Source of the DNA: Nitrospiraceae bacterium
GTDB lineage: Bacteria > Nitrospirota > Nitrospiria > Nitrospirales > UBA2166
DNA: 39,291 nt
Assembly (NCBI GenBank): GCA_002726235.1
Contig: PBSN01000004.1
Span: forward strand, 101,279-140,569
Reading direction: 5' to 3'
Shown: positions 9,858-19,645 of the stretch, in pieces
Layout: every line of letters begins with the position of its first letter
Position numbering within the stretch: position 1 is the stretch's first letter
Position numbers and translations under genes: made by a program
Notes under the pieces: model-generated
The model's input: the letters and a program-made list of their open reading frames with translations, nothing else
Database searches by the model: none
Told to the model about the DNA's origin: nothing

Positions 9858-10853
9858 ATGGATGTGATAGTCACGCTTGCCATTATTCTCTTGCAGGTTG
9901 CTCTTGTCATGGCCATCATTCTTCTGAATGTGGCCTATCTTACCTACGCAGAGCGAAAGATTCTTGGATTTATGCAGGATCGTCTCGGACCCATGGAGGT
10001 TGGTCCATACGGGTTGCTTCAGCCGATTGCAGACGGCATCAAACTGTTTTTTAAAGAAGACATTATTCCTGCTGGGGCGAACAAAGTTATTTTTACGCTT
10101 GCCCCAATTTTGGCTTTTGTTCCCGCAATGATTGGTTTCGCCGTGGTGCCGTTTGGGGCTGGAGAAAAACCATGGATCATCAGCGATATCAACGTTGGCA
10201 TTCTCTATGTTCTGGCAGTGACGTCGATTGGCGCCTATGGCATTATCCTTGGAGGATGGGCGTCCAATAGCAAATACTCCCTCCTCGGGGGCTTGCGTGC
10301 GGCAGCACAGGTTATTAGCTATGAGTTGAATATTGGACTCGCGATCGTAGGGGTGTTGTTGCTCTCAGGATCGTTAAGTCTGGTGGAAATCACTGAAGCT
10401 CAAGCGGGTGGATTCTGGCATTGGTACGTTTTCCCTCAGTTCGTTGCCTTTGTGATCTATAGCATTGCTGCGGTTGCCGAAACGAATCGCCTTCCCTTCG
10501 ATCTTCCCGAAGCGGAGAGTGAACTAGTTGCCGGGTTTTTCACTGAATACAGCGGGATGCGATTTTCATTTTTCTTTATGGCGGAATACGCCAACATGAT
10601 TCTTGTCTCCTGCATTGCCGCCATTCTGTTTCTCGGAGGATACAATGCGCCATTTCCATTTCTGGATTTCGTTCCGCCGGTCATATGGTTTACGCTAAAA
10701 GTCTACTTCTTCTTGTTTCTTTTCATCTGGATACGCGCAACGGTGCCTCGACTTCGGTACGATCAGTTAATGCGACTTGGGTGGAAGGTTATGTTGCCCA
10801 TCGCATTAGCGAATATTATGCTCACGGCAGTGATTGTGTACGTGGTGGAGTAG
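9858..10853 (+). CDS. nuoH: NADH-quinone oxidoreductase subunit H
   Basis: ERKILGFMQDRLGP, GLLQPIADGIKL, AETNRLPFDLPEAESELVAG, PRLRYDQLM. Confidence 0.98.
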   Translation: MDVIVTLAIILLQVALVMAIILLNVAYLTYAERKILGFMQDRLGPMEVGPYGLLQPIADGIKLFFKEDIIPAGANKVIFTLAPILAFVPAMIGFAVVPFGAGEKPWIISDINVGILYVLAVTSIGAYGIILGGWASNSKYSLLGGLRAAAQVISYELNIGLAIVGVLLLSGSLSLVEITEAQAGGFWHWYVFPQFVAFVIYSIAAVAETNRLPFDLPEAESELVAGFFTEYSGMRFSFFFMAEYANMILVSCIAAILFLGGYNAPFPFLDFVPPVIWFTLKVYFFLFLFIWIRATVPRLRYDQLMRLGWKVMLPIALANIMLTAVIVYVVE

Positions 10854-11383
10854 TGAGGGCGTTACTCAAGGCGGTGACATTCCCTGAAATTTTGATGGGA
10901 TTGAAGGAAACGTTGAAACATCTGTTCACACCCTCAGTGACTCTTCAGTACCCTCATGTAAAGAGAAGCCTTCCCGGCGGCTATCGCGGTATGTTATCGC
11001 TGCTTCGCTATAGTGACGGTGGCGAAAAGTGCGTCGGCTGCGATTTGTGTGAGGCTACCTGCCCTTCAAGGGTGATTACGGTGGTCAGTGCGGAGGTGCA
11101 GGGGGAACCTACTAAGCGCTATGCCAAAGAATACTATATGGACATGACGCGTTGCGTATTCTGTGGTCTGTGTGTTGAAGCTTGTCCCGTTGACGCCTTA
11201 GGCATGACTAAGGAATACGAATGGGCAGTGTATGATAAACGTTCACTTCGTCTCAACAAAGAGCAACTTCTTGCTATCGGTGATCGATCCTTTCCCGAAC
11301 GTGAACGGCCGGTGCAGGACCAATACCATAACGTAGCAACTTTTAACATTGGCCGACCTCAGCTTCCTCAGAAGCAATACTAA
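10853..11383 (+). CDS. nuoI: NADH-quinone oxidoreductase subunit I
   Basis: TLQYP, CVGCDLCEATCP, CVFCGLCVEACP. GTG start at 10853 overlaps nuoH stop (TAGTG). Confidence 0.96.
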   Translation: MRALLKAVTFPEILMGLKETLKHLFTPSVTLQYPHVKRSLPGGYRGMLSLLRYSDGGEKCVGCDLCEATCPSRVITVVSAEVQGEPTKRYAKEYYMDMTRCVFCGLCVEACPVDALGMTKEYEWAVYDKRSLRLNKEQLLAIGDRSFPERERPVQDQYHNVATFNIGRPQLPQKQY

Positions 11384-11449
11384 GTTTTTCTCCTCCGCAT
11401 GACCGGCTACTTTGTCTTCCGTTTTTGTTGAAGTGAGGAAACATGTTCT

Positions 11450-12460
11450 ATGAGTGTTGATGCAGTCATTCTTGTGTCGTTTGGTGGTCCTGAAGGCATG
11501 GATGATGTGATGCCGTTTCTGGAGAATGTGTTGCGCGGAAAGAACGTTCCTGAAGACCGCAAATTGCAAGTTGCCGAGCACTATAAACAGTTTGGTGGGG
11601 TCAGTCCGATCAATTCGCAAAATCGTGCTCTGATTGACGCCATCAAGGATGAGTTGGAGATGTGCGATATACGATTGCCTATTTATTTTGGCAATCGAAA
11701 CTGGCATCCACTTCTTTCCGATGTGCTCAAGCAGATGAGAGATGACGGAATAAAACATGCGCTGGCCATTGTGACGTCCGCATACAGCTCGTATTCAGGT
11801 TGTAAGCAGTATCTCGACAATATTCAGCGTGCAGTTGATATGGTTGATGGTACGGTGATCATTCAAAAGTTGCGACAATACTATAACCACCCGGGGTTTG
11901 TTGAAGCGAATATTGACCGGGTAAGGGATGCTATTGAAACACTTCCCAACCCCACCGACTCATTTGCCGTGGCGTTCACTGCACACAGCATTCCGATTGC
12001 GATGGCGAAAACCTGTCCATATGATGAACAGTTGCGCGAAGTTGCCGGCGTCATTGCCTGTCAACTGAAGATTGCTGATTGGAAACTGGTGTTTCAGAGT
12101 CGCAGTGGGCCACCCGATCAACCTTGGTTGGATCCCGATATCTTGGACCATATTCGGACGCTAAAGGCGAAAGGGTGTGGTCAGCTCGTTGTCGCTCCGA
12201 TCGGGTTTATCTCTGATCACTTAGAGGTGGTGTATGATCTTGATCAGCAGGCCAAGAAACTCTGCAGTGAACTTGGGATTGCAATGATACGTGCTGGAAC
12301 TGTGGGGTTGCATCCCGCTGTGGTGTCGATGTTTCGCGAGTTGATTGAAGAGCAGATCAGGCCGGGAATGGAGCGACGAGTCTATGGGAGTGGAACCGCA
12401 TGGCCGGACGTATGTCCGCCAGACTGTTGTAGCTACACTTTTGGCCGCTCTTCAGATTAG
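11450..12460 (+). CDS. hemH: Ferrochelatase
   Basis: SFGGPE, GGVSPIN, GNRNWHP, FTAHSIP, QSRSG, WLDPD, PIGFISDHLEVVYDLD, C-terminal CPPDCC. Confidence 0.95.
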   Translation: MSVDAVILVSFGGPEGMDDVMPFLENVLRGKNVPEDRKLQVAEHYKQFGGVSPINSQNRALIDAIKDELEMCDIRLPIYFGNRNWHPLLSDVLKQMRDDGIKHALAIVTSAYSSYSGCKQYLDNIQRAVDMVDGTVIIQKLRQYYNHPGFVEANIDRVRDAIETLPNPTDSFAVAFTAHSIPIAMAKTCPYDEQLREVAGVIACQLKIADWKLVFQSRSGPPDQPWLDPDILDHIRTLKAKGCGQLVVAPIGFISDHLEVVYDLDQQAKKLCSELGIAMIRAGTVGLHPAVVSMFRELIEEQIRPGMERRVYGSGTAWPDVCPPDCCSYTFGRSSD

Positions 12461-12975
12461 TGTGCGGGCTTTTCCGAACGTTCCACGCCTAAAATTTTGA
12501 CATCAAAGGTCAAATCTTGCTCGCCAACGGATGGGTGAAATCCAGCATTGCCTTGTTTCTGTCAGTTTCAAGGCTGCATGGGTTCTCCCTCACTTGGTGG
12601 CAGGGCTGAGCCACTTTCTTGCTCCGGTGGAGCTTGTTTCTTGTCGATCAATGCAGTGGCCTTGGTGTTATAGGTGTTGTACGTGTCGGTCACTTTTACT
12701 GTGCTCGTTTTAGTTTGTCCTGCCTGCAGTTCCACGAATTCACTTTCGACATGAGGGGGAGCTGTGTGTTGCCCCTGGATGTAGAAAAGAGGCCTCTTCC
12801 GACATTGATGTCGGAGAGATATTTGGCGTCGGGAGTGAGTGTGTATTCAAATAGAGACGGTGAGGCTTGGGCAGTCTCAAGGTCGGCATCTGGAAGAGCG
12901 TGCGCCGACGAAATTAGTATAAGGCATATGGCGATCACCGTGATCGTCCATTATCATGTTGTAATTACGGCGCAT
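12457..12975 (-). pseudogene. Frameshifted SlyD-like FKBP-type peptidyl-prolyl isomerase with signal peptide
   Basis: Minus-strand fragments in alternating frames: GAGGAGG-ATG MRRNY / WTITVIAICLILISSAHA..FEYTLT..SDINVGR / PLFYIQGQH..VESEFVELQAGQTKT.TVK..Y / AMLDFTHPLA / QDLTFDVKILGVE..stop. About 4 frameshifts. Confidence 0.85.
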
Positions 12976-12996
12976 CCCTCCTCTCAGATTGGGAGA

Positions 12997-14337
12997 TTAG
13001 CGTAGAGATGCCGTGGTTCGTGCGGGGGTTCCGTGGCGAGATTTTTCGCCAAATTGGCGTATTCTTGTACCACTATCGGTAATGGATTGTGTGCGAGATC
13101 GTTTGACAAACGGTTTGCCGCTTCGTGACCGTGTTGCGGGGTTGTGCCGTGATTGTGGGCGGTTTTTCGTGGCACGAGGCACTGCTTGGCCAATAAGCTT
13201 CTCAATCGCTCGAAGATTGTTGCTGTCCTCTTCTGTCACGAAACTGGTGGCCGATCCAGTTTTTTGCATCCGACCTGTTCGACCAATACGGTGGACATAA
13301 TCTTCGGCAGTGTATGGAAGGTCGTAGTTCACCACGTGACCGATGTTGTCAACATCAAGACCGCGGGCAGCGACGTCCGTTGCTACGAGAACGGTAAAAC
13401 GTCCTCGTCTAAACCCTTCCAAAGCGGCACGTCGTTGGGAAAGTCGACGGTCCCCGTGCAGAACTGCAACCCGATGTCCAAGCTTCTCGAGTGATTCCCC
13501 CAAACGGTTTACGCGGTGTTTTGTTCTAGCAAAGACCAAAACCGATTCGCGTTTCTCCTTCAGAAGAGAAAGAAGAAGCCCCGTTTTCTCTCCTTGGGTG
13601 GTGTGGTGAAGTTTGTGGGTCACGTTGGTTGCGGGCGTTGCCCGCTTGGACACCATCGCATGCACTGGGTTATTTAGGGACATCTTTGCCAAGTCGCCAA
13701 GATTACTGGGAAGGGTGGCAGAAAAGAGTAACGTCTGCCGCTCTTCAGGAAGCGCGTCAATAATTTGATTGAGTTGCTGGGAAAATCCCATATCGAGCAT
13801 GCGATCCGCTTCGTCGAGGACCACAATTTTGAGTTTGTTCAATAGAATATTTCCCTGCCACATGTGGTCGAGTAATCGCCCAGGCGTTGCGACGATAATC
13901 TCTGGACGTTGGCGAAGTCCACGCACTTGAGCGAGCATATCACTGCCACCAACAATGGCAGTGGAAAAGATTCGTCGGGACCGGCCAAGTTTGTCGACCG
14001 TTTCCTGAATTTGAAAGACGAGTTCACGTGTTGGAGCCAATATTAACCCACGGGGATTGCCTCTCGGTCCACCAGCTAGCCGTTCAATCATCGGAATGAC
14101 AAATGCGGCCGTTTTACCCGTGCCGGTTTGCGCACATCCCAGTACATCGCGGCCTTCAAGTCCGGGTGGAATTGCCTCCGATTGAATTGGGGTAGGGTTA
14201 ACGAGTCCTGCGCGGTTCAAGTCCCGCACGAGCGGAGTGGATAGGCCGAATGATTGGAAGGTTTGAGTGGGTGTATCTGAAGCTGATTCTGAAATTGGAA
14301 ATGAAGATGGAGTTGGTGCTGTTGCAGATGTTGGCAT
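12997..14337 (-). CDS. DEAD-box RNA helicase (RhlE-like)
   Basis: PTPIQ, AQTGTGKT, PTRELV, TPGRL, DEAD, SAT, ARGLD, HRIGRTGR, basic C-terminal tail. Confidence 0.96.
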   Translation of the reverse strand: MPTSATAPTPSSFPISESASDTPTQTFQSFGLSTPLVRDLNRAGLVNPTPIQSEAIPPGLEGRDVLGCAQTGTGKTAAFVIPMIERLAGGPRGNPRGLILAPTRELVFQIQETVDKLGRSRRIFSTAIVGGSDMLAQVRGLRQRPEIIVATPGRLLDHMWQGNILLNKLKIVVLDEADRMLDMGFSQQLNQIIDALPEERQTLLFSATLPSNLGDLAKMSLNNPVHAMVSKRATPATNVTHKLHHTTQGEKTGLLLSLLKEKRESVLVFARTKHRVNRLGESLEKLGHRVAVLHGDRRLSQRRAALEGFRRGRFTVLVATDVAARGLDVDNIGHVVNYDLPYTAEDYVHRIGRTGRMQKTGSATSFVTEEDSNNLRAIEKLIGQAVPRATKNRPQSRHNPATRSRSGKPFVKRSRTQSITDSGTRIRQFGEKSRHGTPARTTASLR

Positions 14338-14488
14338 AAAACGGTTTCCTCTCTAAAAGACTGGTCAAGTACGGCAGGATGAAGCGAGGACCCTGATAGG
14401 CGTACCGTGCGTGGTATACGCAGAGGGGCTCAAGCAACGACAATGCCGCTGGAAGACCTTTCACTTATACTGTTGTGGGATCGATTGA

Positions 14489-14880
14489 CACGAGGTCAGA
14501 AAACTGTACGAAGCAGAATCAGGTAGGAGTCCGTTCCGAAGAGAGTCTGATCACGATACGATCACGGGTCCGTATCTTCAAGTAACGCCATCGTCATCCG
14601 GACCACCAAACGATGATTGCGGGCAAAGATACAGGAGATCTGTCCTTATGTCAAATAATAGACGGTGTGCATGTTTTTTGTGGAGCGTGGCCACCATTCT
14701 CCGAGTCCTCGAGAAGTTTGCAGATGTGGACACAGAAGAACTCAAAGAAAGAGAGTCAGGGGGAATCATTGTCTTCAAAACCAATCTTTGGATGACGATT
14801 TCGACCACGCTCTTTGTCAGACTGTCTTAGCGGTCGTTGTGGCTGATGATGTGGCCGATATTTTTGCCGAAGCAGGGCTA
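14489..14880 (+). pseudogene. Probable heavily decayed RelE/HigB-like toxin plus XRE-type antidote remnant
   Basis: Cross-frame fragments YEAESGRSPF / ESL..IRSRVRIF / DCGQRYR / CQIIDGVHVFCGA, then FADVDTEELKERE / LQNQSLDDDFDHALCQTVLAVVVADDVADIFAEAGL. Resembles addiction-module killer/antidote consensus by eye. Confidence 0.4.
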
Positions 14881-14942
14881 AAAACTTGGACATTTCGATT
14901 CTCTTCGATTAGTTTCTGGCCGCTGTGGAAAAGTTTTCCCTG

Positions 14943-16190
14943 TCAGGTGTCCCGTAACATGTGAATGAACAACCCGTCGCGTAGTTTTGGCTCAAACCAA
15001 GTGCTCTTTGGTGGCATGATGCGGTTAGCGTCGGATACGGCCATCAGCTCGTCGACGGTCGTTGGGTATAACCAAAACGCTACGGACCAGTTCCCTTGAT
15101 CCACCATTTCCGCAAGTTTCTCGACCCCACGCACGCCTCCGACAAAATCTATACGAGGGTCGGACCGTTGGTCCACTATTCCCAATAGTGGATCAAGCAC
15201 AAGCTCTGTCAACACGGAGATTGCTAGAGAGCGAACCGGATCGAGGTTAATTTCTGACGACAAATCTTTGGTTGGTGTGGCACGGTGCCACTGACCCTTG
15301 ATGTACATGTCAAATCCAGCCGAAGGAGGATCGCCAGGTTGCGACGTCAATTGCAGTTCAAAGTGAGAGGCTACCGCCTCAATAAATTGGTTGGCGGTCA
15401 GGCCGTTCAAATCGCGAACTACTCTATTGTACGGAAGAATTTTAAGGTCGTCGTGTGGAAAGATCACTGCCAAAAAGCCTTCCTCGTGGGTATCCGATGT
15501 TAGGGCGCTAGAATTACGACGTGCTGCTCGCACACGACTTGCGGCCGCGGAGCGATGATGCCCGTCTGCAATGTACATGGTCTCAATGGCTTGGAAGTCT
15601 TTCATAACTCGATGAATCGCAGATTGGTCCCGCACGCTCCAGACGGTGTGTTCAATTCCATCGGCGGCTATGAAGTGTGAATCAGGTGGGGTGTTGGTGA
15701 CCCATTCAAGCCAGTGATTGAATGTTTCGGGACGGCGAAAAAACAGAAGGACAGGCCCGGATTGAGACTCATGTGTTTGAATGATTCGTACACGATCCGC
15801 TTCCTTCACCGGTCGAGTGAGTTCGTGTTTTTTGATAATTCCACGATCGTACTCGTCCACGGAGGCAAGTGCTACCAGTCCGGTCTGTTGGTGTGTACCC
15901 CATTGCTGTCGATAGACACCCAGTAAAGGGTGCTCTTCGTGGGTAAGAATGCCATTGTTTATGAGACTTTGTAGGTTGTCTGCACCCCTTTTATAGACAG
16001 TGCTGGAATATGAATCGATCTCGGAGGCAAACTCGAGTTCCGCTCGGCTCACACGGAGAAAACTATGCGGGTTTCCTTTAGTGAGGTCACGCGCTTCCTC
16101 CAACGATACAACATCGTATGGAGGGGCGGCGACTTTGGCGGCGAATTCTGGTGTGGGTCTGACCGCGCGAAATGGAGAGACTATCGCCAT
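14943..16190 (-). CDS. DUF1015 family protein
   Basis: PF.AVRP, APPYDV, IKKHELTRP.KE.DR, YIADGHHR, ILPYNR, MPPKSTWFEPKLRDG. AAGGAG SD. Confidence 0.92.
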   Translation of the reverse strand: MAIVSPFRAVRPTPEFAAKVAAPPYDVVSLEEARDLTKGNPHSFLRVSRAELEFASEIDSYSSTVYKRGADNLQSLINNGILTHEEHPLLGVYRQQWGTHQQTGLVALASVDEYDRGIIKKHELTRPVKEADRVRIIQTHESQSGPVLLFFRRPETFNHWLEWVTNTPPDSHFIAADGIEHTVWSVRDQSAIHRVMKDFQAIETMYIADGHHRSAAASRVRAARRNSSALTSDTHEEGFLAVIFPHDDLKILPYNRVVRDLNGLTANQFIEAVASHFELQLTSQPGDPPSAGFDMYIKGQWHRATPTKDLSSEINLDPVRSLAISVLTELVLDPLLGIVDQRSDPRIDFVGGVRGVEKLAEMVDQGNWSVAFWLYPTTVDELMAVSDANRIMPPKSTWFEPKLRDGLFIHMLRDT

Positions 16191-16583
16191 GTTATTTTTC
16201 TCCTTCTGGAACGGGCCACCTTCTCGAGGAGAGGAGATGGGACACTTACATTGTTGAGGGGGGGAGTCAGTTTGGGAAGACGTCCATTCGATACATGTGT
16301 AGAGTGCATTGGATTATCTTAGCATGTCGACACATTGACGATGAGAATGATTTAGTTCCTCGTTGTCTCTCAGCGTGGAGGAGAGCCTTTGTCTCCCACC
16401 ATAGAATAATAGTATTACTTGATTCGAGGATAAGGCCTAGCTTGAAAATTCTGTTAAGGGTTTCTTTCTTTCGTACTCTCTTCCCATTCCTGCCATGCAG
16501 TGTCTATTGAACCCTGCTCCGAACAGGCGTATCCTTTGTCAGCGATGATGCGAATGAATTCTGAGGAAATAGATCACGGCGTG

Positions 16584-17324
16584 ATGAAAACTTTTGTGAT
16601 TGCCCTGCTGCTGTTCGGGGTGAGCCAGCTTGCACTGGCCGGGGATTTTGAAGAAGGGTTGGCTGCAGCTGGCCGTGAGGACTATGCAACGGCTCTACAA
16701 AAGTGGGAGAAAGCCGCGGAGGCTGGGCATGCAAATGCCCAAAACAATCTTGGTGTGATGTATGACAAAGGGCTGGGGATGCCGAAGAATCCTGCTGAAG
16801 CATTGAGTTGGTATCATAAAGCTGCGGAGCAAGGGCATGTGCTTGCCCAGTATCACCTTGGGATTGCATACCGCGATGGCAGTGGGGATGCGCAGGACTA
16901 CGCCGAAGCGTTTAAATGGTTTCGGAAGGCTGCAAAACAAGGGAATGCTGGTGCACAGAATGCCATTGGGGCCCTCTTTCAACAGGGGCAAGGGATATCG
17001 CAGAATACTAAGAAAGCGGCGAAATGGTTTCGGAAAGCTGCAGAGCAAGACGACATGGAAGCTCAGCTTAACCTCGCACTCTTGTATTCCATCGGTGAAG
17101 GGGTGGCACAGGATTTTTCTGTGGCCGAAAAATGGTTTCGGAAAGCTGCAGAGCAAGGCGACATGGAAGCACAGTATTTCCTCGGAGCAATGTACGCTGA
17201 AGGACGGGGAGGGCCGCAAAATCTTGAAGAAGCCTTCAAGTGGTATCGTAAAGCCGCAGATCAAGGTCATCGTGAGGCGCAGCAATTCATCAGTACGTTT
17301 GACAGTCTGATGAATAAGCAGTAG
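16584..17324 (+). CDS. Exported Sel1-like repeat protein
   Basis: Signal peptide MKTFVIALLLFGVSQLALA, then 36-aa repeats (AQ..LG.MY..G.G...D..EA.KWFRKAAEQG). Start moved to 16584 (or GTG 16581). Confidence 0.93.
   Translation: MKTFVIALLLFGVSQLALAGDFEEGLAAAGREDYATALQKWEKAAEAGHANAQNNLGVMYDKGLGMPKNPAEALSWYHKAAEQGHVLAQYHLGIAYRDGSGDAQDYAEAFKWFRKAAKQGNAGAQNAIGALFQQGQGISQNTKKAAKWFRKAAEQDDMEAQLNLALLYSIGEGVAQDFSVAEKWFRKAAEQGDMEAQYFLGAMYAEGRGGPQNLEEAFKWYRKAADQGHREAQQFISTFDSLMNKQ
16914..17174 (+). repeat. 108-nt periodic intragenic DNA repeat in Sel1 gene
   Basis: AAATGGTTTCGGAA starts at 16914, 17022 and 17130. The last two share 45 nt with 2 mismatches. Confidence 0.9.
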
Positions 17325-17597
17325 TTGAGCATCATCGCCACTTCGTTAGGAGTCAGATTCATCACGTTCCTAAGCCCGTTTGCATTCCCCCTCCCCTTCT
17401 GTTACTTTTTTGCACTCACAGGATTTCTGGTACAGAACACGCCTACCGTCGGTAGTTCTTGTCAGTGTTGTTAAACATCTCTTCGTAGATTTTGAAGTTA
17501 GGTCTCGGTCAGGGGTCGTATTACCTGAGTTAGTCAGGTGTGTGTTTGTGTAACTCGAAAAGTGGTTTGTCCTGTAGGGAAACAGGAGGCTGGTAGC

Positions 17598-19430
17598 ATG
17601 CCGCATCAAAAACGACGAAAAGATGTTCGTAACGTGGCAATTATTGCCCATGTCGATCATGGAAAGACGACTCTGGTAGATGCGTTGCTTCGACAAACTG
17701 GCGCACACGTGTTCAAGGAAGGGGATGCCGTCATCATGGACTCAAACCCTCTTGAGAAAGAGCGGGGCATCACGATTTTTTCAAAGAACGCTTCACTCAA
17801 GTATAAGGGTATCAATATCAATTTGGTCGATACTCCGGGCCACGCTGATTTCGGAAGTGAGGTTGAGCGCATTTTGCGTCTAGTCGATGGCGTATTGCTT
17901 CTTGTGGATGCGTTTGAGGGACCCATGCCTCAAACAAAATTTGTCCTAAAAAAATCACTTGACCTTCATCTGAAGCCGATTGTCGTGATTAATAAGATTG
18001 ACCGTCCGAATTCGCGCCCGCATGAAATTGTCGATCAGACCTTTGATTTGTTTAGCGAATTGAATGCGACGGACGAACAACTCGATTTTCCAATCGTGTT
18101 TGCCTCGGGGAAAGAAGGCCGGGCAACTCTAGATATGGATGATGACGCTGTGGATATGAAGCCTCTGATAGATACAATTGTTCATCGCGTATTGCCGCCA
18201 GTGGCCGATCCTGATCAGCCGTTCCAAATGCTTGTCACCATCTTGGATTACGATTCTTATATTGGGCGGATCGCGGTTGGACGGATTGTTCGTGGAGAGG
18301 TACGCGTGACAGACTCTGTGACGTTGGTGAAGTGGGACGGTGAGATTGTGCGAGCGAAGGTGACAAAAATATTAGCCTATCAGGGGTTGGCTCGTGTGGA
18401 ACGTGATTATGCGCAGGCCGGCGATATTATCTCTTTAGCCGGCATTCCGGATGTGAGGGTTGGGGAAACCATTACGTCTCCTGACCATTCTGTGGCATTG
18501 CCAACAGTCAATATCGATGAACCGACTATTTCAATGAACTTTTCCCACAACACCAGTCCGTTATCTGGCAAGGATGGTGGGCGGTTTCTGACATCTCGTC
18601 ACATTCGGGAACGTTTGGCTCATGAAGCCATGATGAATGTAGGAATTAAGGTGGAAGAAGCTGACGGCGGAGAGCGCTTTACTGTTTCAGGTCGAGGCGA
18701 GCTGCATCTGGCGATTCTCATTGAGACTATGCGGCGAGAAGGATATGAATTGGAGGTCTCCCCTCCGAAAGTTATCTTCAAACATCTTGACGGTAATATC
18801 TTGGAACCCGTCGAGGAAGTTGTGATTGAAGTTGATGCGGGATATCAGGGCGGGGTTATTGAAGCGTTGGGGAATCGTCACGCTGATATGCGTAACATGC
18901 AGGTTAGCGCGGTGGGAACAATTCGCATGGAGTTTTTGGTTGCCTCTCGTGCTTTGATGGGATTTCGCAACGAGTTGTTGATGATGACCCGTGGAACTGG
19001 GGTTATGTCTCAAATTTTCTTCGAGTATCAATCGTTTAAAGGAGAGGTTCCACGACGTTCTGTTGGCGTGCAAATCTCGCAGAGTGCGGGGTCTGCTGTT
19101 GCATATGCACTCTGGAAATTACAGGATCGCGGTGAAATTCTCATTCATCCTGGTGAGCCACTCTACGAAGGCATGATTCTTGGCGTCAACAACAAAGGTA
19201 AAGATATGGTGGTGAATGCGATTCGAGAAAAGAAACTCACCAACATTCGCGCGTCAGGCGCCGACGATGCGATTCAATTGATACGCCCTCGTGAGATGAC
19301 GTTAGAATTTGCTCTCGAGTTTATCGAAGAGGACGAACTTGTTGAAATTACGCCAAAGCATATTCGGCTTCGAAAACGCTATCTCACTGACAACGAGCGT
19401 CGTGCTGTACGCTCCTCGATGAATCGCTGA
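17598..19430 (+). CDS. typA: Translational GTPase TypA/BipA
   Basis: [60 protein letters not shown] before ATG 17598. Confidence 0.98.
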   Translation: MPHQKRRKDVRNVAIIAHVDHGKTTLVDALLRQTGAHVFKEGDAVIMDSNPLEKERGITIFSKNASLKYKGININLVDTPGHADFGSEVERILRLVDGVLLLVDAFEGPMPQTKFVLKKSLDLHLKPIVVINKIDRPNSRPHEIVDQTFDLFSELNATDEQLDFPIVFASGKEGRATLDMDDDAVDMKPLIDTIVHRVLPPVADPDQPFQMLVTILDYDSYIGRIAVGRIVRGEVRVTDSVTLVKWDGEIVRAKVTKILAYQGLARVERDYAQAGDIISLAGIPDVRVGETITSPDHSVALPTVNIDEPTISMNFSHNTSPLSGKDGGRFLTSRHIRERLAHEAMMNVGIKVEEADGGERFTVSGRGELHLAILIETMRREGYELEVSPPKVIFKHLDGNILEPVEEVVIEVDAGYQGGVIEALGNRHADMRNMQVSAVGTIRMEFLVASRALMGFRNELLMMTRGTGVMSQIFFEYQSFKGEVPRRSVGVQISQSAGSAVAYALWKLQDRGEILIHPGEPLYEGMILGVNNKGKDMVVNAIREKKLTNIRASGADDAIQLIRPREMTLEFALEFIEEDELVEITPKHIRLRKRYLTDNERRAVRSSMNR

Positions 19431-19537
19431 AATAGACTGTCTAGCAAGGCCGCGGCAAGCGAAGAGGCAAGTCGTGCTCTTGTACGTTGAGTTTTTAAAT
19501 GAAGGAGAGCTTCGCTAGTAGACTTTTTCAACGCGAT
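19423..19537 (+). repeat. Degenerate ~110-nt intergenic repeat, copy 1
   Basis: ATCGCTGAAA..AGCAAGGCCGCGGCAAGCGAAGAGGC..TACGTTGAG..CTTTTTCAACGCGAT with complementary ends. Shares blocks with three other copies. Confidence 0.7.
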
Positions 19538-19645
19538 GCCCAGCGTGAGGCAGTGAGTGTGAGTAGGTGCAGGGGCATGTTCGGGCGGATCAGAATGCCA
19601 CATGAAGAGACTTTGGTCTTGCCGTAGAGTAGTTACGGTTAGCCG

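Noticed and set aside
12696..12938. 80-aa secreted protein ORF, and the + strand ORF 12619-13005
   Set aside because: Explained as a fragment, and the antisense shadow, of the SlyD-like pseudogene.
16191..16583. Long divergent intergenic region with GTGGAGGAGA..TCTCCCAC hairpin as riboswitch/ncRNA
   Set aside because: Single hairpin only, with no recognisable aptamer motif.
16914..17174. Regularly spaced direct repeats as a CRISPR array
   Set aside because: In-frame 108-nt Sel1 coding repeats, with no cas genes or leader.
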